From NCBI RefSeq assembly GCF_008831285.2, contig NC_045138.2, positions 21,514,001-21,578,000 on the forward strand: a stretch of 64,000 nucleotides of DNA, given 5' to 3'. Origin of the DNA: Nymphaea colorata. Taxonomy: Eukaryota. Positions 15,701 through 28,293 of this stretch are shown here, piece after piece (position 1 is the first letter of the stretch; every line of letters starts with the position of its first letter). The notes beneath the pieces were generated by a model. The model saw only the letters and a list, made by a program, of their open reading frames with translations. It was not told the DNA's origin and did no database searches. The translations under genes and the position numbers were made by a program.

Positions 15701-18700
15701 CAGTGATTAAAGGCGGCGGGAGAAAAGGTGTGGGAGAGAAAAGAAAAAAAGGGAAGGGAAAAAAAATGAGACGGAAAAGAACAACGAGAGGGAAATGGAA
15801 AGAGTGGTTGAAAAGAGTAATGATGAGATGAGGTTTAATAATGAGGAAAAGAGGAAGCGTGAAAAAGGAAGGAAAATTAAAAAATGCAAAACAAAAGAAA
15901 GAGGGAAAACTTAAAAGAAAAATTAAAGTCGAGCCGAGTCGAGTTTGACTAACTCGAACTCGGCTCGTTAACATACTCGAGTTTATATTTAAGCTCGAGC
16001 TTGACTCGCATAAAAAACGAGTCGAGCTCGAGTCGAGTTTACTCGAGCGAGTTTGAGTTGAGCCCGAGTTGGCTCGACTCGTTGTGCAGCCCTAATTCTC
16101 TGCATCCTTTTATTAAATGAATCACCTTCAGTACCCAATATTAACAACTTTCCTTTAGTATCAATTTTATTTTCAATTTTTCAATTAATTTCCCTATGTT
16201 TTAAAAGTTAAAACAAACAAAGAATAACAGTAGCAACAATTTAATGAGAAAACAAGAAGAAAGGACAGCAAAAGATTAAGCACCAATAGCGCCTAAGAGT
16301 TGGTAAAGAGAAATTAGTTTAAAAAACTCAAACTGGAAATTCCAACAGAATACAATAATTATAAGCATGAAAATTGATAACATTTTACAGAAACATAATG
16401 TCAATACTATGACATCTTAAACTAAGCATTTTGACAACTCACCTTCGGGAGGAGGAGCAGCAAGTGCTCTGACATGATTCTTAACAGATGGATTCCCATG
16501 GTCCAAAATGATAGCCCTAACAGCATAAGAAAATTATTGTCAAATCCTGAAATGTTTTCCTACATCTCAGACAACAGATTGAAATTAACAGTCTTGTTCC
16601 AAATAAAATTAACATATTATATGCCATGAATTTGAATCGGAAGTGGCTACCTCAGTCATAGTTGCAGGACAAACTGTTGAAAGGGAAAAGGTTATACAAC
16701 AAAACCTGGAAGATTAATATGTCAAAATACAGGCATATATTGCATGAAAATTGACTTTCTGTGTTCTGTAGGATGATTTAGGACACGAAAGGCTTTCTTA
16801 TTTACATGAAGAATTAGCTGCTCTAGCTTTACTTGGATGGCTGTCCCATAGGGTTGAATATCTCACAGGGAAAATCCTTTTCTACATGAAGATATCAATA
16901 AACCTTTTTAAGGATAGTAACAAATATTTTAATCTATCACCATTTTGAAGCCAACCAATGATACATTGCAATACTTTCAAAATATTATCAGAGAGCTTAT
17001 TAACCATCAAGTTCAATCAGGTCATTCTTCTTTTACTAATGGACCGTTCTCTCACTAATGGATACAAGGCCACATTTTGTGCACATCTTCCTTGACAAGC
17101 AGATTTAGGTTGACTCTAGGATTGCCAACACCACTAAGGAAGGAGTTCTGCCAATAATAAATCCCTGATAACACATCTTGGATTCTGAATCAACTAATGA
17201 TAAGGAATTTTCAGCCATTTTCACGCATTAACAGTCCAATTTCTGTTCAATCACTTTTAGGTGAAGAAAATCAAACCAGTGAAGACCCTGAATTTAGGTT
17301 AAAAAAGCTACGAAGACAAGAATGTCAAGAGACACCTGCCCCCATGAGCTTCTTGCAGCCTCTCCTTTTCATCCTCCATGAATGTCCATACCCACACAAT
17401 AAGATTAATTTTCATTGCGTTCATTATTGTTTAAGGGGAAAAAAAGGATTTCTCATCCTCGCTGAAACATTTGCACAGTTCCACCTAGGAACAGAACAGT
17501 GGGACATCTTCTCTGTGCACCTGCTGTCAGAAACTGAACCTTGCCTTTGCCCTAGATTGGTCCATTCTTAATGGTAACTAGATTGCTTATATGAAGGCCT
17601 TTAGGTTCATATGTTGATGCCCACATAATTTATAACTTTATATAAGAATGCCTTCATATGACATGGTTGTGGTTCACTTGGTATAACGGCCGCTTAAGAT
17701 ATATGGGATGATTACCTGAACAAATAGTTATCGAAACTAAACGTAGAGCATCAGAACAAGTTGACAAAAACTGAAAAAAGAAAGCGAAGAACGAAAAGAA
17801 CAGGAACATTTTTGTAGGAATATAAACTATTCAAGGACGAAAGAAAGAAAGAACAAATGCTCAATAACAAACAGTCAAAAACCGTTATAACCAGGGGACA
17901 TACTTTCGAGATTTCTGAAGGCGTTCAGCTTCCTCAGATCTCATTTTCACATGACCTCTGGTGGACTCGTCCAATACTCTTTGCACATTCAGCTTGCGCC
18001 AGGCTGACCCAGACTCCACAAGCAAGCCATTTCCATTAACTCCACTTCGATGTTCTTCATAAATATCACTTGGATCACCTGGCTCCCTCGACCAAGTGAA
18101 CCTGAATTCCTTGCCTCCAACATCAATAACCTAATGCAGGAAAGTAGTAACCTTAGTACCAAATAATGATGAAAGCAGGTGATCAACGAACGACCACTTT
18201 TTTTTAACTGAACTCATTTGATTATCACAAGGCATGAAACTGAAAAATAGGAAAAACCTATTACTTCGCTGCTGAAACAACCAAGAGAGTAAAAGAACAG
18301 TCTCATGCAGCGCACCCACAATGAGAAATTGTCAGATGGATTTCTGTGTCCACATGAACAAGCTTGAAGCAGAGTTTACCCATTTTCCATTTTCTACTAC
18401 TCATGGGGGGAAGGTGAAATGAATGAAAATGCAGTTCTTAATAGGATAATTGTATTGGTTGCTATGGCTCGAGAGGCTTCATAGCGAATTGGGGCTTGGC
18501 CGTCGTAAGCTGGTTGACTGGTTATCGAATAAACAAAAGCGCCACTCAGAAAGCCTTTCTCAATCACCTTCCAGTCAAGCGAGCGAGAGAGAGAAACAGA
18601 GAGAGAGAGAGAGAGAGAGTACGTTTCCTGATGAATTGTTGGGGTTGTTATCGAACTTAATCTTCGCATTTAATCCCTGGGCTTGGACGCGCTTGATCTC

Positions 18701-18979
18701 GTCGACGAGGTCAGGGGCAAGGCGAATTAGCATACCAAAATTGAGAGGCGAGGAGGTCTCGAGGCGGAAAGTTTCGTCCGCGGCAGGGGCGGGATGGCCG
18801 CCGTTGTTGCCACCGGCACTGCTGGGAGGTCGAGAGGAGGAACGGACCGGAGGCTGTGGAGGCGTTGGGAAGGAAGTGTGGTGGTGAGGGACCATCCCGG
18901 GTCGTTTCGGCGCCGTTCCGCCGCCCGCGCGGCCACCGCCCCTCGCCCCAAACTTCCCTGGATGGCCGCCCCCAAACAT
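1..18979 (-). CDS. Dentin sialophosphoprotein-like, Ser/Asp-rich nuclear protein (probable Occludin/ELL-domain family); 3'-partial
   Basis: Exons with GT-AG borders and consistent phase: 18979-18623, 18130-17904, 16516-16443, 13616-13542, 13391-13015, 11466-11398, 11094-11006, 945-<1. Translation: MFGGGHPGKFGARGGGR...EIKRVQAQGLNAKIKFDNNPNNSSGN/VIDVGGKEFRFTWSREPGD...WRKLNVQRVLDESTRGHVKMRSEEAE.../...LMENPKGMTLK/ALEKAV.../IANYVAPGRYFLK.../...SSSESGSESDSESDSSDSGS. The family name is from my recollection of similar plant proteins. Confidence 0.85.
1590..4110 (+). mobile_element. Decayed Ty1/copia pol fragment (integrase-RT-RNaseH), element A
   Basis: Integrase-like YSRxTWI..MKHKSQV (~1610) and QQNGITEQNHKHIVE (1808-1852). 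RT-like EPTAFHEA..WIKAMNDEIEAM..TWEVVP..NGSKWV (2940-3090) and a degenerate YVDD (YIND, 3512-3523). RNaseH-like WISDPNERR..GYSVFIGTNL (~4025-4095). Many stops and frameshifts; no LTRs recognised. Confidence 0.85.
2347..2927. mobile_element. hAT-like MITE inserted into copia A
   Basis: TIR CATAGCCA...TGGCTATG; 8-bp TSD GTTTTAAT (2339-2346) / GTTTTAAC (2928-2935). Removing it restores the copia reading FMAVLTKEDEP. Confidence 0.85.
5896..6187. mobile_element. hAT-like MITE (GGCCC/GGGCC-rich) inserted into copia B gag
   Basis: TIR TAGGGGTGGGCA / TGCCCACTCTTA; perfect 8-bp TSD GGCATGGA (5888-5895, 6188-6195). Confidence 0.9.
6807..7826. mobile_element. Non-autonomous DNA element (GCCTAGG subterminal motifs) with an internal ATAAC/TACAT low-complexity array, nested in an older GTACC-rich MITE remnant (~6690-7859)
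   Basis: Ends CTATGTTG...CAACGTAG; degenerate TSD (ATACACAC/TACCACAC); GTACC-rich sequence on both flanks; low-complexity tract ~7150-7670. Confidence 0.6.
13680..13973. mobile_element. MITE in intron 3 of gene 1
   Basis: TIR CATTGTCACAT / ATGTGACAATG; CAAGCAA on both flanks (offset by 2 nt on the left). Confidence 0.75.
14379..15106. mobile_element. hAT-like non-autonomous element
   Basis: TIR CAGTGTT / AACATTG; TSD CTATGGAC (14371-14378) / CTATGGAA (15107-15114); CGATAC/GTATCG subterminal repeats. Confidence 0.8.
15391..16094. mobile_element. hAT-like MITE with CTCGAG/ACTCG subterminal repeats
   Basis: TIR TAGGGCTGCAC / GTGCAGCCCTA; perfect 8-bp TSD ATTCTCTG (15383-15390, 16095-16102). 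Confidence 0.92.
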
Positions 18980-20479
18980 TTCCTCTTTCCTTCTTCACTC
19001 GTTTTCGCCACCAAAGTACCAACTCGCAGGTACTAATGAAAATGAAAAGGCACCCTCTTCCCCTATATATAATCACCCTTTCTCCCCAAATGTGTTTCCT
19101 GGATCAATCAAGCTTCAGTCATGGCGGACCACCGAAACCTCTCTCTCCCTCCCTCCCTCCCCCTCCCTCGCTCTGTTGACAGAGGTCTCCCATGAACATT
19201 CATGGGACGGCAAAGACTCGCTCCAAAAGCAATAGAATTGTATATTATTACAAAAACACGCTTTCATTTTAAAATAATATCATAAGCATGCACATGTTTC
19301 AACGCTTTTCGTTTATCTGCTTGAACTAAGACCAACAATGGCAGCTAATCAGAACTTTATTTTTCAATTTTTAGCGGCTGTTCGTTGTTTTACCAAAAGT
19401 TGGCTCCTTCAAGTTATTTTTAAATTCTTGATGAGCCTCTAAAGCCTCTCTCTATTTGGGTATGTCAATGGATCGGTTTTGGTCAATCACTGACCCGAAG
19501 TTAATTTGGATTGAGTAACTGCTAACTGATTTTTTTTCTGGGCAAGTAGTTTTGCAACCAAATACAAATTTTAATCAAGTCCAAACAAGAAGAATGCAGG
19601 TCTGGATCCAAGTCCAGGTTGAATACGATTATGAGAAGTCCAATTAAGTCGTCTTTGAGGATGACCCAAGATGAACCCATTTATCCCAAGCAGAAACATG
19701 CAGATGGAGTAGCCAAGCCTTGGAAAAGTTTTGCTGCATGTAAATTAGTTTTGATTATCTTGAGCTCTTTCTCACACACACACAAATTATCTGGTTTGTT
19801 GATTTTAACAAAATCACATGATAGAGATTAAGTCGAAAAAAAAAAGAAAATCCAGTTGTATTTTCGAGAAACTTAAATGTCCCTTAAACAAGGGAGCAAA
19901 TGATGTTCCTTAATTGAAACTCATTTCCTGTTTTGAGATATATTTCAATCTGCATAAGCTCTACCATTTGATTTTGTTAAAATCAATGGTCCAAACAATT
20001 TCCATCAAGTATGTCATGTAAGGTATAGTGCATATAATACATACATACATATATATATAGCCTCTGATCTTGAAAGATCAAATGCTGCAAATGGTGCAGT
20101 GAGCGGGCAGGTGAAGTGTAAAAGTCCAACACCAATGTGTGCATACCTGAAGCCCCCAAACTCTTCCCCCTTTTCCAATGTTTGCACTCAAAATGTTCCA
20201 TGATATGCTTAGACATGCACTCAAAGTGTATTGCATGGTGTTTTTTTTAGAAATCGAGCAGCCCAAGGCCGTCTAATTCAACATAATGGGCAGTTAAGAC
20301 AAAAACAATGAGAAGAAAGCGATGAGTAGTTTCACCATTTTGCATTAGTTAACATCTTTTTCTTCTTGTTTTTCTCTCATATATCTATCTGAAGCAGAGA
20401 TAGATAGATTTGATTAAAAGGTTGAGTGACTGGATAAGTCAAAGTCATCATATATATATATGGTACTCTTTATTAGAAG

Positions 20480-22212
20480 GTGCCCAGTCTGATGGAGATT
20501 GATGGTTGGGAGAAAAACATGAAAAAAAAGGTGAAAATTAATATTATACAACAAAACTGTCCATCATTTTTTTCTCTTTATTTTTCTCTTAATCATCCAT
20601 CATGTTGGTTAGATGGTGGGGTGATAATTGTTCATTTCCGTTTTCTTTTATCTCCTACCTCCTACAACTTGAAATCCATCCCATTTGTGCTCTTTCGTTT
20701 TTATCATCTTTCTATTTCTTTCTCTTTCTCTTTGTGGATGTCTCTCCTCCTCTCTCTTGTGGCTTGTTTGAATGGAGGGAAAAGGAAGGAGATGGAAGGA
20801 AAGGATAGTCAATCTTGTGTTTGGTTGGTTAATTAAGGAGGGGAAGGAAATGAAAATAAAAAACACGAAAGTAGAAGAAATGAAAGGAAAGGAAATGAAT
20901 GAATAACTCAATGTAAATCCAACGGAGGGATTGGAATAGAAAGAAAAAAGGTTGCTTATTTCATTTCATTTCATTTCTATCCAAACAAATTTTACAATAA
21001 TCTCTTTCTTTGTATTACCTTTCCTCACCTTTCCCTCTCGGTTCCCTTTAACTCCATTTCCTCTCCTTTACTCTTCATATCCTTTTTCTCACTTTTCCCT
21101 CCATCCAAACAGGGCATTGAAGTCCCCCCCCCTTTTTCGAAAGGATATGAGAAAGATGATGCAAAGATTGTAGCAAAAACATCTTACAAGGAATCCTTAC
21201 ACTGTTTGGATGGAGGAAAATATATGAAAATGAAAGAATGTTTGGGTGGAATAAAATAGAGAAAGGAAACGATATGCAAAACATGTGTTTGGATGAAGTG
21301 AATGGAAAGGAAGGGGAGGGAAAAAATGAGGTTTTTGGTTCATTTTTCAATCCCTCCAAAAGTGGAGAGATTGGTATAGAAAGGAAATGAAGCTCTTCAA
21401 AATGATTACTATATCCCCATTGTTTTAATTTGCCCATCTTGCATGCATAAACATTGCTATTCTTTACAAGTCATCAGACAACAAGTCACTTTGTTTGCTT
21501 TTATTATCAATCTCAACACATGTTGTAAATGTTGGTTTATGTTTCACATAAAAGTTTAAAAAGATGAAACCAGAAAAAGCATTTTAACACGCATTTCCTT
21601 GTGGAGTCATATTCTATAATTTTTACTTTTATTTCATAAATGAAACACTTATGGTGCTTATTATAGGCTTTGTTTTTTATTTTATCAATCAAAACAATGG
21701 AAACAAAGTGCTTTTGAATAACAAAAACCAAATTGATTACATGCAAGACATCACCAGCATTCAAAAAAATTATTGCGTGAAAAATATACACATAAAGAAT
21801 TGGTTTCATATACAAGTGGACTGTACATGGCAAAAAAATTAAAAATTGGATAAAGACTTTAGAAATTAAACACTTAAAAAATAAAGTTTGTAATTTTTTA
21901 GGGTGGTACTTATTTTACAGAATATAGATATATTATATTAATTATGTGATATAAATTTAAGTATATTACATTAGTTCTAAAATATTGGGGGCATTATTAT
22001 AAACCAACTTAAGTTATCTCATTTATTTCATTTATATAGCTTAAACACACATGATTTTAACATTTTCTTCTCTTCCCTTTTCTTCCTATTCAAACAAGCT
22101 TTTAGAGTAATTCATTTCATTCTATTTCTTTTCCCTCACTAATCCTTTCATTCTCTTACCTTTCTTTTCATTTTCATTCCCCTCATTTCCTTCAATCCAA
22201 ACATGGGCTTAA
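20480..22212. mobile_element. Cluster of Tourist/PIF-Harbinger-like MITEs
   Basis: Repeated TIR-like motifs GGCTTGTTTG (20761), CCAAACAGGGC (~21105), CTGTTTGGAT (~21202) and TCCAAACATGGGC+TTAA (~22196-22212), with GGAAA/TTTCC-rich interiors. Individual boundaries not resolved. Confidence 0.6.
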
Positions 22213-23827
22213 TGCTTTGGAGGCAGGTATCCAATATGTCAATACATTGTGAATCTCATTCAGTGTGCTAAAACTTTCTAGTACCAATGATGTTTAAACT
22301 TGAAAAGCAAAAAATAAATGACCCATGAATTGCCTTTTGTAATACTTTCTTGTTTGTTTATGTTCAGTTTTGTGGTTCATTGATTGTTCATTCTTCCATA
22401 ACCTCTTAATGAACTCGCCTCTCCTTTAGTCGTGGACAATGGCATTCACCTTGAAAAGCAAGAAATTAAAATGACCTATTAATTGCTTTTCTTTCATCCG
22501 CTTCTAGTTAATTTTCATTTTTAATTTTCTGTTTTGCCAATTGTTTGTGCCTCCAAACCCATTTTTGGTATTGGGATTTTCTTTATTTTCATTTCCCTTT
22601 TCAAATGAATGATGTTGGGTGGGTTATCTTGTTTGTGTTTTTTCATTAGTTCATCATCCAAAACCTTTGACATGGAGAAAGAAGAAAATGCATATGCACC
22701 ATCTTACCTTTAATTGGATTGTGATTCATTTCGTGTTTTTATAATTTGCATTCTTTTTACCCTAATATCTTAAAACACTAGAAGGAAGAGCTGAAGATTA
22801 ACTAGTGAAGCACATGCAGTTATGAAAACTGTAAATGTGTGTATAAGAATGAAATAAGTTGTTGCATGAGAAGAAACAAATGCATAGACCCTCAAATAGA
22901 AGATCAGCATTAGCAATGCTCTTTCATAGGTAGCAGATTAGAGGTGTTGACAAATGCATAATAGTTGATATTTGTAATCACCTCCACCTGCATTTGTTGG
23001 CAAGTTCTCTCTAAGAGTTTGTGAATCTTTTTAGATATGATGTTGTTAAATTTACCTAAAATTAGGTTAGTTTGATGCATCTAAAGTTGTTTCGTCTAGT
23101 CTCAAGTTTGGATATTGAAAAATATGATCCAATACAATTTTTTATGAGATGTACAAGTACAAAAAATGAAAATTTATAGTGTAATTTTTCATCAGATGCA
23201 CAACATGAGTTCAAAAATTTCTAAGCATGTGGATAACTACATTTCAGACTTTTGTTGTGCATCCGTGTTTTGCTGGTCATATGATAAGACCAGTGTTCTT
23301 TAATTTGTCTATTTTGGTAATAAATTAATAGCTCTATGTTAAGTTCCTTTTGTTGAAGCTTACATAATTTAATTGCATACAATTTGTCAAATTTTAGTTG
23401 TATGTTCATTAACCTTTCTACTTACAAGTATAGGTGCATTGCGCTTATGCAACATTTATATGCAACATCATAAATGAAACGCAATGCATGGTTCATGCAT
23501 GCCATGCAAAGCACCCACAAGGTGGATATGTATCAATAGTTGACGGGTTCTAGGCCTCCATGGATACGTTGAATGGCAAATTACCAGATAATGTAACTTG
23601 AATTGGTCGAAAGAGGCATGATACCAATGTATTTGTTAACCATTTTAATGTAAAATCATATAAACAATAAAGTTTGTGTGATATACTTTTTATAATAGCT
23701 GAAAACTAGACTATATAATTTATAGGCTCATCAATCTATGGGTTTTCTTTAATTATTGTATGTATACTTTTCATGGCTTACGTAGTTCATTTCTACAACA
23801 TGCATAGCAAAATACAAATGTTTGCCT

Positions 23828-24088
23828 CAAAGGGCACCCAAGGGTATAGCATAACAGGTTGGGCTAGGGCCATGTGAAAAGGCATGTTTCCAGTTTGATT
23901 CCCGTGAGCATTGTGTCTTTGAATTTTAAGGTGGAGGAGCATGGTAGGTAAGTTGAAGGGTGTAAACAATGCCTAAACGATGCCACTTGCGACGGCAATG
24001 CAACCTAAGATTTCGATGGCATGGGGAATTAAAGGCCTTGAGGACTCTTTTCTAGGCAGTGGGTTGTTAACCTCCCACTCACTGAGAA
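23828..24088 (+). mobile_element. Probable tRNA-derived SINE
   Basis: A-box-like TAGCATAACAGG (~23847) and B-box-like AGTTTGATTCCC (~23892). Flanked by a 16-bp direct repeat with one mismatch: CAAAATACAAATGTTT (23808-23823) / CAAAATGCAAATGTTT (24089-24104). Confidence 0.6.
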
Positions 24089-25269
24089 CAAAATGCAAAT
24101 GTTTCACTATTGTTATATGCTTAAAGGGCTCTACACAAGTAATGGTTCTACCTCAATGCAAAGGTTGAATAAATTTCTTGTTACCAAATTCACTGCATAA
24201 GCATATTTATATTACACTCTACAAATAACAAAATGCAAGATAAAAACAATACATTGAGCAACTATTGAATGATACTTGCCATATTTTTATGCCACCAATA
24301 AATAGTGGTAGAGATACATGAGGCTTGGTGTCGGTGTCAAAAGTTTTATAGGAAAAATTCAAATTTACATTGTCATGACTTCAAATTACATGGGGATCCT
24401 ACATCAAACCCGGCCTGGTGATTCAAATGCTCCTCAACAAAAAAAATCCTAGCTCTACCACTAGCATGAGCGCTCCTCAGCTGGCAACCCAGGAGAAAGA
24501 CTCCCGGACCATCCCATTGGGGGCAAAAAATGATTCGGCATTGAAGAAACTTTACAAGACTTATGCCCATAGTTTCCATGTAACCACAATTTCATTAACA
24601 TTAAGCACATCAATCTTGCATATGTTAATTGTAATGTATATATTGCAAATGTTTTAGAGGTCACAAACATTTCAAAAAAGTGAAAATATTGCTTCTATTA
24701 TGGGTTTTCCCTTTTTTCTTGTTTTGTAAGGTATTCTTGCTTATTTCCATAAGAAAATTAACATGCAAGAGTAATTAAGGAAAATGAAAAACAAGGAGTA
24801 AGAAACTCTATACAATATGCTAAGAACAAAAGAGAAAACAAAAAGTGAAACTGAAAATTTCACAAGTATCAAGGGAGCGTCATAGTAGTACCCAGAAACT
24901 GTATAGTCTTGCTTTCTAAGGCAAGAAAGCAACTTGACAAAGTCACCATGGCCTTCTTGACTCTCAAATTCTCTATTATCACCACTGAAGTTGTTGCAAT
25001 CAAAACTAGGAGCGATACATCTATTAGCAAGGAAATCTTGTTTAATCCAGTCCATATCATACCTGCCAAATTGAGAAATAACTACTTCTAAGGGAGCATT
25101 TGGCGATGTGAACACTAGCACACTATTTCATGAATTTGCCTAAAAAATTATACCATACATATTTTTCAGCCAAGACTACATGCTTGGAGTTGATCTGCAG
25201 GTCATTTTTAAGAAAATTTATTTAGTACTTATTCAGTAACCTCTTTCTTGCCCTGAGATGACCCAAAAC

Positions 25270-25587
25270 CTATGTCACAGTGGCACGCCATTTTTGGTGG
25301 AGTACCCATACCGGTACGGCGGTAAGGCCTGGTCTGGTTCCGGGTTGGAACTAGATCCAAACTATATTATAACCTAAAAAGTTTTGTTTTTGTTTTTTTA
25401 TGAGATTATCTATGGATTTATGAAAGAAACATTGTCTTAATGTGATGATGTCATTTGATTTTTTTAAAATTTTGAATAAAAAATATATAATAATATATAA
25501 TATTCACCGTACCATCATACCAAGATTTACAAAAAGACCATACTGTACCAGTACCCGTACTCCCTTACCCATATCATTGTGACATAG
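25270..25587. mobile_element. MITE (CTATGTCAC TIR, GTACC repeats)
   Basis: TIR CTATGTCACA / TGTGACATAG; TSD degenerate. Confidence 0.7.
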
Positions 25588-26505
25588 GCTAGAACTTGCA
25601 GTTCTGCTATTGTCTAATTTTAATATTTTTGTTCATGCGTTCAGGTCGCTTGATTAGATTTTGCAGCAAGCAGCTGTCGGACTGCAAAATTCACCCACAT
25701 TCTAATCTGAGAGCATGTGTGCATTGAATCAGCTTCTTCTCAAAGGCGAAAACTGCATTCTGTATAAATGCATCGTAAGAAGGCTACACTGTAAATTAAT
25801 TAATAATCCGAGAATGACAAATTCATAAACAGTCTAGCAATGAAATGGTACAAACATATGAAGTTAAAATGACAAATGTAATTTATATTTAGAGTGGTCC
25901 TACCCATTTTCTCATTCTTTTTTCTTTCTTGAGTTTCACAAATGCATGGCTATTTTCTTTCTTGATTGGGGCCAGTTTTGGGTGTGTGGGAGAGAACACC
26001 ATCACCCTACTGGAAAGTCATTTTTCCAATATCTAGAGCTGTTTCAGGATTCAAGTGAATTTATAGTTTCACTTTTTAACTCAGGATTTGTGTCTATAAG
26101 ATAAGCACATTAGGGCGTGATAGTGACCATAGGATTTGTTCAAATTAACTTGCCACTAGTTGCATTATGTCCCTTGGAGCCATTGAGATGAGCTCGTTTA
26201 TAAAGTTAGAATGAATTAATATTTGACTATGTCTGTCGACATATTACATTGCTTATAAAATAACAATTGTGATTCAATCTTATGGTGGTCCAAATTCAAA
26301 TTCAATATAACTTCATCATATGATAGAAAACGTTAAACCTTGGTGAAAGTTTTACTGTAGTTGAATTTGAAAACTGAAAACATATTATATGCGATTTTTT
26401 ACTATTTGATAATACAAGATGTAGATCTGGATCTAAAACTTTGAATACATTAATAATTGTGAACAAATTTGATGGTAAAAGTTCAAATTGTTGCCAAGGA
26501 ATTAT

Positions 26506-26575
26506 TGGACCGAGTTCATGTAACCAAATTAGATGTTACTTGGACCGAGTTCATCTAACCAAATTAGATGTTACT
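26506..26575. repeat. 35-bp tandem duplication
   Basis: TGGACCGAGTTCAT(G/C)TAACCAAATTAGATGTTACT x2. Confidence 0.9.
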
Positions 26576-28209
26576 AGGATTTTGAAACATGGAAGAGTTA
26601 ATTGTCAAAGTTGACTACTTGTGCATCACATTTAATCACAACCAGTGAGACATTGAACAAACTTTTCTTTTACGATCCACATAATATATAATCAGTTTAT
26701 AAAGCAACTAAAATCTGCCAACTGCCAGATGTTGTAAGATGACTAAAAGTTTAAAAAGCCACCACCAATAAACACTTGCCATTGGGGTATTAGCAATGGT
26801 TTATTGGCTTATAGTATAGTGACAAATGAGGAACTAATTTTAGAACAAGAAAAATTGCTCCATGTGATTCAAATTCACATACTTAGATTTGTAGTTGTCG
26901 AACATTAATGCCCACTTGATATAAGTTTTTGAGAGCTAATTACCATTGCTAAAAATACCAGCAACCACTAGCGGAACGAGAATTTTTTTTCTGGTGGGGG
27001 CACTCATTTAATACCTTTAATTTCTTTGGACATGTTTAGTAATCAAATATATCAAAACATTAACATATATATTAAATTAATTTTGTGAGACCACTAACCA
27101 CTAAGTGGCTACACCATTGCGTGCAAGCCATGAAGGGCGTCCACCTGTTCACGGCGTCCTCTTGACAAGATTTGATTCGCGGTTCGATTCGAGTGGTCTT
27201 CCCACCTTGGTTCTTGAGAATTTTTCAAGTGTTCATTCATCTTTCACCTTAATCTCAAAGGATAACAATTTTTTTTTAAAATTTTCACGTGTTTTATGGC
27301 TTTATTAAAATAATGTTTCTTTTGGGAATTAAGTGCTTTTAAATGACTTCAAGCTTATAACCTTTATATTTAATTTTCAGAATTATTTTTCTTTATCTAT
27401 TTAAGTTTCGAATGAACTATTAATTTAAAAGTGAACTTGTTTCATTTTGTACCTTGGACAGTTCGGTTTACTATTCTCCTTTAAAAGATTTTGCTCGAAA
27501 CCCAAATTCCTCCAGAGCAGCTAAATATAAAGCTTGGAAAATTAAAAGCTTTTAGAAAAGTAGCACAATTGTGAAGTTACTTTTACAGTTTACAGTAGTA
27601 GGGTTCATCTCGTCCGGTAGACCTGAAAAAGAATTGGTGTTCATCAAACACCTTTCTATGAAAAAATTTTCCAGGGAAAGAAAGTCATCTATATTACATT
27701 TGTCCGTGTCCATGTGAAGGACTCGCTGCCAAAGCCCTGCGAGGTCGGCAAAAGGTTTTAGCTGTGGGCACGTTTGATGCATGAGAATTATACTGTAGTT
27801 CCAGAAAAAAAAAAAAATCAAATTTTTAAAAATTTGTCCTCCCCATCAAACAAGGGAGTGAAAAAAATGCCCCTTGCGTTGATTTCCGGAATTATTATTC
27901 CGGAAATATCTTTCCACCCTAGGAGGTGGAAAATTTTTTCCGGAGAATAAAAATTGCCCGTTGGCTTCCTTCTCCTTCTCCATCTTGTTGCGAGAGGAAG
28001 AAAAAAGGGACGGCAGGATTCTGGAGTGGCGGGAGAGGGTTTCTCTTCGTCTCCCCCTTCTCCCCGGACGTCTCCGCCGACGGCAATAGAGGTAAAACCC
28101 GCGAGAGCCGCAGGGGAACGGCTCAGAGGAACCACCCAGCCTTGGGAGAGTGCTGTCGAGCTCTCTATCGTGGTGTCGGCCTGAACGTTCTTCTCGATTG
28201 AATCTGTAG

Positions 28210-28293
28210 CGGGTGGGCCGCCGGCCGCCTCTCTAGGTCGTTCACGGGAACTGTGTCTGTCTTAGAAACCCTTTCCCGCCTTCACGGGCCACC
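28210..28293 (+). promoter_or_regulatory. DCAF13 proximal promoter/5'UTR with a site-II motif and a telo-box-like motif
   Basis: TGGGCC at ~28214 and AAACCCT at ~28266 (imperfect telo-box) in a GC-rich block. This pairing is typical of plant ribosome-biogenesis genes. Confidence 0.4.

Noticed and set aside
15391..16094. CRISPR-like repeat array
   Set aside because: Eukaryotic MITE subterminal repeats bounded by TIR and TSD; no repeat-spacer periodicity.
16950..17600. Possible LINE endonuclease remnant on the minus strand (GVGNP motif)
   Set aside because: A single weak motif, not enough to call.
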